Below are positions 28,936 to 32,000 of a DNA stretch of 32,000 nt, piece after piece. The DNA comes from Wolbachia endosymbiont of Onchocerca ochengi (GTDB lineage Bacteria > Pseudomonadota > Alphaproteobacteria > Rickettsiales > Anaplasmataceae): positions 810,001 through 842,000 of the forward strand of contig NC_018267.1 in NCBI RefSeq assembly GCF_000306885.1. Direction: 5' to 3'. Both the position numbers and the translations under genes were made by a program. Under the pieces are notes generated by a model. The model worked only from the letters and a program-made list of their open reading frames with translations. It was not told where the DNA came from and made no database searches. Every line of letters starts with the position of its first letter. The stretch's first letter is position 1.

Positions 28936-29814
28936 TTAAACTTGATGCATTACTTCCAAGATTTTTTTACCAATCACCGCTGGAGTTTCTGCAATTGCAA
29001 TTCTAGCACTTTTCATAACCTCTAACTTTGCAGCAGCACTTTCGCCACTAGAAGAAATAATAGCCCCAGCGTGCCCCATGCGCTTTCCTGGAGGTGCTGT
29101 TTGACCAGCTACAAATCCAACAATTGGCTTTTTAGTTTTCTCTTCCTTTACAAAACTCGACACATCTTCTTCTTCGTTCCCACCTATTTCACCAATAATT
29201 ACAATGCCATGGGTATCTTCATCTTTCAAAAACAGTTCCATACAATCAACAAACGTCATGCCATGAACAGGATCACCTCCAATTCCAATGCATGTTGATT
29301 GACCAAGGCCAACAGTAGTCGTTTGCGCTACTGCTTCATAAGTTAAAGTTCCAGAACGAGATATAATTCCTATATGTCCACGCTTGTGAATATGTCCCGG
29401 CATAATTCCTATTTTACATTCCTCAGGCGTAATAATCCCAGGACAATTTGGCCCAATCAATCTACTTTTTGAACCTACAAGCATATATTTAACTTTTACC
29501 ATATCAAGTATAGGAATGCCCTCTGTAATACAAACTATTAGTTCTATTTCTGCATTTATCGCTTCAAGTATTGCGTCAGCGGCAAACCTAGCAGGTACAT
29601 ATATTACTGTAGCATTTGCACCAGTTTTTTCTTTGGCCTCCGCTACAGTATTAAAAACTGGCAAATCAAGGTGAGTGCTTCCACCTTTGCCAGGAGTTAC
29701 ACCACCAACTATCTTTGTTCCGTAACTAATTGCTTGCTCTGAGTGAAATGTACCCTGTGCACCAGTAAACCCCTGACATATTAATCTTGTATCTTTATTT
29801 ACCAAAATAGACAT
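28936..29814 (-). CDS. sucD: Succinyl-CoA synthetase alpha subunit
   Basis: 292 aa. [32 protein letters not shown] and the phosphohistidine loop GHAGAI are present. It starts 3 nt after the sucC stop. Confidence 0.95.
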   Translation of the reverse strand: MSILVNKDTRLICQGFTGAQGTFHSEQAISYGTKIVGGVTPGKGGSTHLDLPVFNTVAEAKEKTGANATVIYVPARFAADAILEAINAEIELIVCITEGIPILDMVKVKYMLVGSKSRLIGPNCPGIITPEECKIGIMPGHIHKRGHIGIISRSGTLTYEAVAQTTTVGLGQSTCIGIGGDPVHGMTFVDCMELFLKDEDTHGIVIIGEIGGNEEEDVSSFVKEEKTKKPIVGFVAGQTAPPGKRMGHAGAIISSSGESAAAKLEVMKSARIAIAETPAVIGKKILEVMHQV

Positions 29815-29817
29815 GCT

Positions 29818-30978
29818 TTACTTTACCTCTTTTACTATCTTCTGTGCAGCTTCATCGAGCTCATCCGTAGCAATAATACTTAACCCTGATTTCTCTAAAA
29901 TTCTTTTTCCTTCTTTAAAATTAGTACCTGATAATCTAACCACTAGAGGAACTCCAATACTCATTCCTTTTACAGCTTCAACAATTCCACTTGCAACAAC
30001 ATCACAACGCATTATCCCGCCAAATATGTTAACTAAAATTCCTCTTACGTTACTATCAGACAATATAATCCTAAATGCTTTGGTAACAGCTTCCTTATTT
30101 GCTCCACCGCCAACGTCTAAAAAGTTGGCTGGCTTTGCTCCGTAGTACTTTATTATATCCATTGTTGCCATAGCAAGACCTGCACCATTCACCATGCAAC
30201 CAATATTGCCATCCATTTTTATATAACTAAGCCCATGTTTTGAGGCTTCTATTTCTTCCTTTACTTCTTCATCATAATCACGGAGTTGCGCAATTTCTGG
30301 ATGACGGTATAAAGCATTGTCATCAAAATCAATCTTTGCATCGAGCGCAACAAAATCTCTAGAATCTGTCTCAGCTAGTGGATTAATCTCTATTTGATTT
30401 GCGTCAGTTGCAATAAATGCATTATATACACTTTTTGCAACACTTGTTATTTTTTTTATTTGTTCTGGACTTAAATTAAGACTACTGCTTAACTTTCTAC
30501 TATCAAAACTTGCAAAACCAGAAGCAGGACTAATATCGAGCTTCACTATTTTCATAGGAGAGCTCTTCGCAACTTTTTCAATATCCATTCCACCTTCTGA
30601 AGAAAATATGAATGTTGGCCTGCTAAGTTTTAGATCAACTACTAAACCTAAATAATACTCTTTCTTAATAGTTGAACCCTCTTCAATGTAAACCCTTTTT
30701 ACTTGCTGCCCACTTGGCCCTGTTTGATGAGTTAGCAAAGTCATACCAATCATATCCTTCACAAGCTGTTGAGCTTCTTCAGTTGACTTTGCCAGTCTTA
30801 CACCGCCAGCTTTGCCCCTTCCACCTGCATGAATCTGAGCTTTAACTACAAGTATGTCAGACTTCAGTTGATTTATTTTAGTCTCTATTCCTTCTGCAGA
30901 CGTAGTAACAAAACCGCTTAAAACTGGAACATTAAATTTACGTAAGATCTCTTTTGCTTGATATTCATGAACATTCAT
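29818..30978 (-). CDS. sucC: Succinyl-CoA synthetase beta subunit
   Basis: 386 aa. MN#[33 protein letters not shown] and [10 protein letters not shown] are present (ATP-grasp and ligase-CoA domains). Confidence 0.95.
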   Translation of the reverse strand: MNVHEYQAKEILRKFNVPVLSGFVTTSAEGIETKINQLKSDILVVKAQIHAGGRGKAGGVRLAKSTEEAQQLVKDMIGMTLLTHQTGPSGQQVKRVYIEEGSTIKKEYYLGLVVDLKLSRPTFIFSSEGGMDIEKVAKSSPMKIVKLDISPASGFASFDSRKLSSSLNLSPEQIKKITSVAKSVYNAFIATDANQIEINPLAETDSRDFVALDAKIDFDDNALYRHPEIAQLRDYDEEVKEEIEASKHGLSYIKMDGNIGCMVNGAGLAMATMDIIKYYGAKPANFLDVGGGANKEAVTKAFRIILSDSNVRGILVNIFGGIMRCDVVASGIVEAVKGMSIGVPLVVRLSGTNFKEGKRILEKSGLSIIATDELDEAAQKIVKEVK

Positions 30979-31005
30979 AAAACAACCAATATAAACTATT
31001 AAAAA

Positions 31006-31206
31006 TTATAAACCATAACGCTGTCTTCTACTCTCTTGTTGGCGCCTTTTTTTTTTAACTTCAGCTTTCTTTTTAGCTCTTACTTCTGATTTCTTTTCAT
31101 GATATTGTTTTTTTATTTTTACCCCTCTTCCTTCTTTCTGAATTGTTTTTTTTAATATTGGAAAAGCCCTACTTACATCACCATAATGAACTGATACTTC
31201 AATCAA
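31006..31206 (-). CDS. rpsU: 30S ribosomal protein S21
   Basis: 66 aa and very basic. #.V.V..GD#..A...LKK.#QKEG......K...YEK.SE.R..K is the S21 pattern. It has a TTG start. Confidence 0.85.
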   Translation of the reverse strand: MIEVSVHYGDVSRAFPILKKTIQKEGRGVKIKKQYHEKKSEVRAKKKAEVKKKRRQQESRRQRYGL

Positions 31207-31400
31207 ACTCTACCCCTTGGATAATTACCTCAAAAACCTACTTGTAAATTAGAAAATTAACATTGTCAATTATTTTATAAACTCAAGCATTAAGTTATAA
31301 CATAACTGAACGTTAAATTCTGACTACTAAGAACATCAAAGTCTTTTAACTTACTGTGTATAAAACTATCTCACACTGGAACAATAAGGGTAGGCCAATA

Positions 31401-31904
31401 TTAGTTAAAATTCTCATTACTTATGGTATCTTTTTGTTGTTGACTCTGTTGTTTATACATAGCTTCAAAATCTATAGGATCCAATATAAGAGAAGGAAAC
31501 CCACCACTACTTGTAACCCGTGCAATTATTTCCCTTGCAAAAGGAAAAAGAAAAGTAGGCCCACCTATAAATAAAGCTTGTCTAGCCCCCTCTGCACTTA
31601 GCTTTGCTGAGTTTTCTATTGAAAAAAGACCACAGTATTTCGTTTCACAAATAAAAGCAACACTATCTTTCATACTTTCACTCTCTATCACTGCTTTGAC
31701 TTCTATATGCAAAGTAACTTCATGGAAAGATTTTTCTTCATCATTTTCTTCGTTACTTTCAGCTCCTTTCAACTTCACTGAATTGACATTAACCATTACA
31801 TTAATACTGGGAGCTTCCTTTAAAGAAAGGAATGGTGAATTCGGGTTTTCAAACGATAGATCCTTAATATATTGGCCATGAATTTTTATTTTGTACTGTG
31901 ACAT
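31401..31904 (-). CDS. secB: Protein-export chaperone SecB
   Basis: 167 aa. YIKDLSFENPN.P, CETKY.G#F.I... and FLFP#AR.II...T..GGFP.L.L.PIDF are SecB signatures. Confidence 0.9.
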   Translation of the reverse strand: MSQYKIKIHGQYIKDLSFENPNSPFLSLKEAPSINVMVNVNSVKLKGAESNEENDEEKSFHEVTLHIEVKAVIESESMKDSVAFICETKYCGLFSIENSAKLSAEGARQALFIGGPTFLFPFAREIIARVTSSGGFPSLILDPIDFEAMYKQQSQQQKDTISNENFN

Positions 31905-32000
31905 TTCTTACGCCTCCATAATTAAGTTGAAGTATTTAACGTTTTCTTCTACAATATAGTCATTTATAGATAAATAGTAAATCCAAATCGCAGATTGACA

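Noticed and set aside
28322-30145. ORFs 28322-28528 (-), 29071-29298 (+) and 29813-30145 (+), overlapping dapF, sucD and sucC
   Set aside because: They are antisense to strongly conserved genes and have no motifs.
31356-31881. Plus-strand ORFs 31356-31574 and 31696-31881 overlapping secB
   Set aside because: They are shadow ORFs antisense to secB.
1-32000. CRISPR arrays, long tandem repeats, rRNA, tmRNA/RNase P/SRP RNA, intact prophage or defence-island genes
   Set aside because: I scanned by eye and found no regularly spaced direct repeats, no rRNA-like GC-rich conserved blocks, no GAGGAAAGTCC-type RNase P core, and no intact non-housekeeping multi-gene cluster. A computational scan (Infernal/Rfam, a tandem-repeat finder, a CRISPR detector) would be needed to exclude them formally.

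Overview
The window is AT-rich and comes from a reduced obligate-intracellular alphaproteobacterium. By inference it is Rickettsiales/Anaplasmataceae, most like Wolbachia or Ehrlichia. That assignment rests only on my recognition of the housekeeping protein sequences and on ankyrin-repeat debris, not on any search. About 18.4 kb of the 32 kb (roughly 57%, summed from the coordinates below) is intact and almost entirely core housekeeping: rpmA-rplU, gatB, dnaK, an RNase E/G-family gene, rpmG, purB, rpsF-rpsR-rplI, dnaE, dapF, sucCD, rpsU, secB, two tRNAs and a few small enzymes. The rest is long ORF-free DNA that proves to be dead genes when translated by hand. The clearest case is 10.56-14.7 kb on the minus strand. 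It is a shattered six-gene biotin-synthesis operon in the order bioB-bioF-(bioH)-(bioC)-bioD-bioA, with family motifs still legible through stops and frameshifts. Two ankyrin-repeat gene relics flank the rpmA-rplU-tRNA-Ile cluster. Other oddities are listed below:
- Ribosomal protein S6 carries an in-frame internal insertion of about 145 aa.
- The purB frame has no stop codon of its own and ends on a TAA in the anticodon loop of the adjacent tRNA(CAU).
- An XRE-type, antitoxin-like gene stands alone with no toxin partner.
- Roughly 5 kb of decayed DNA could not be assigned.
I see no intact novel multi-gene system, no CRISPR array and no intact mobile element. The interest here is genome decay and some unusual housekeeping-gene architecture.
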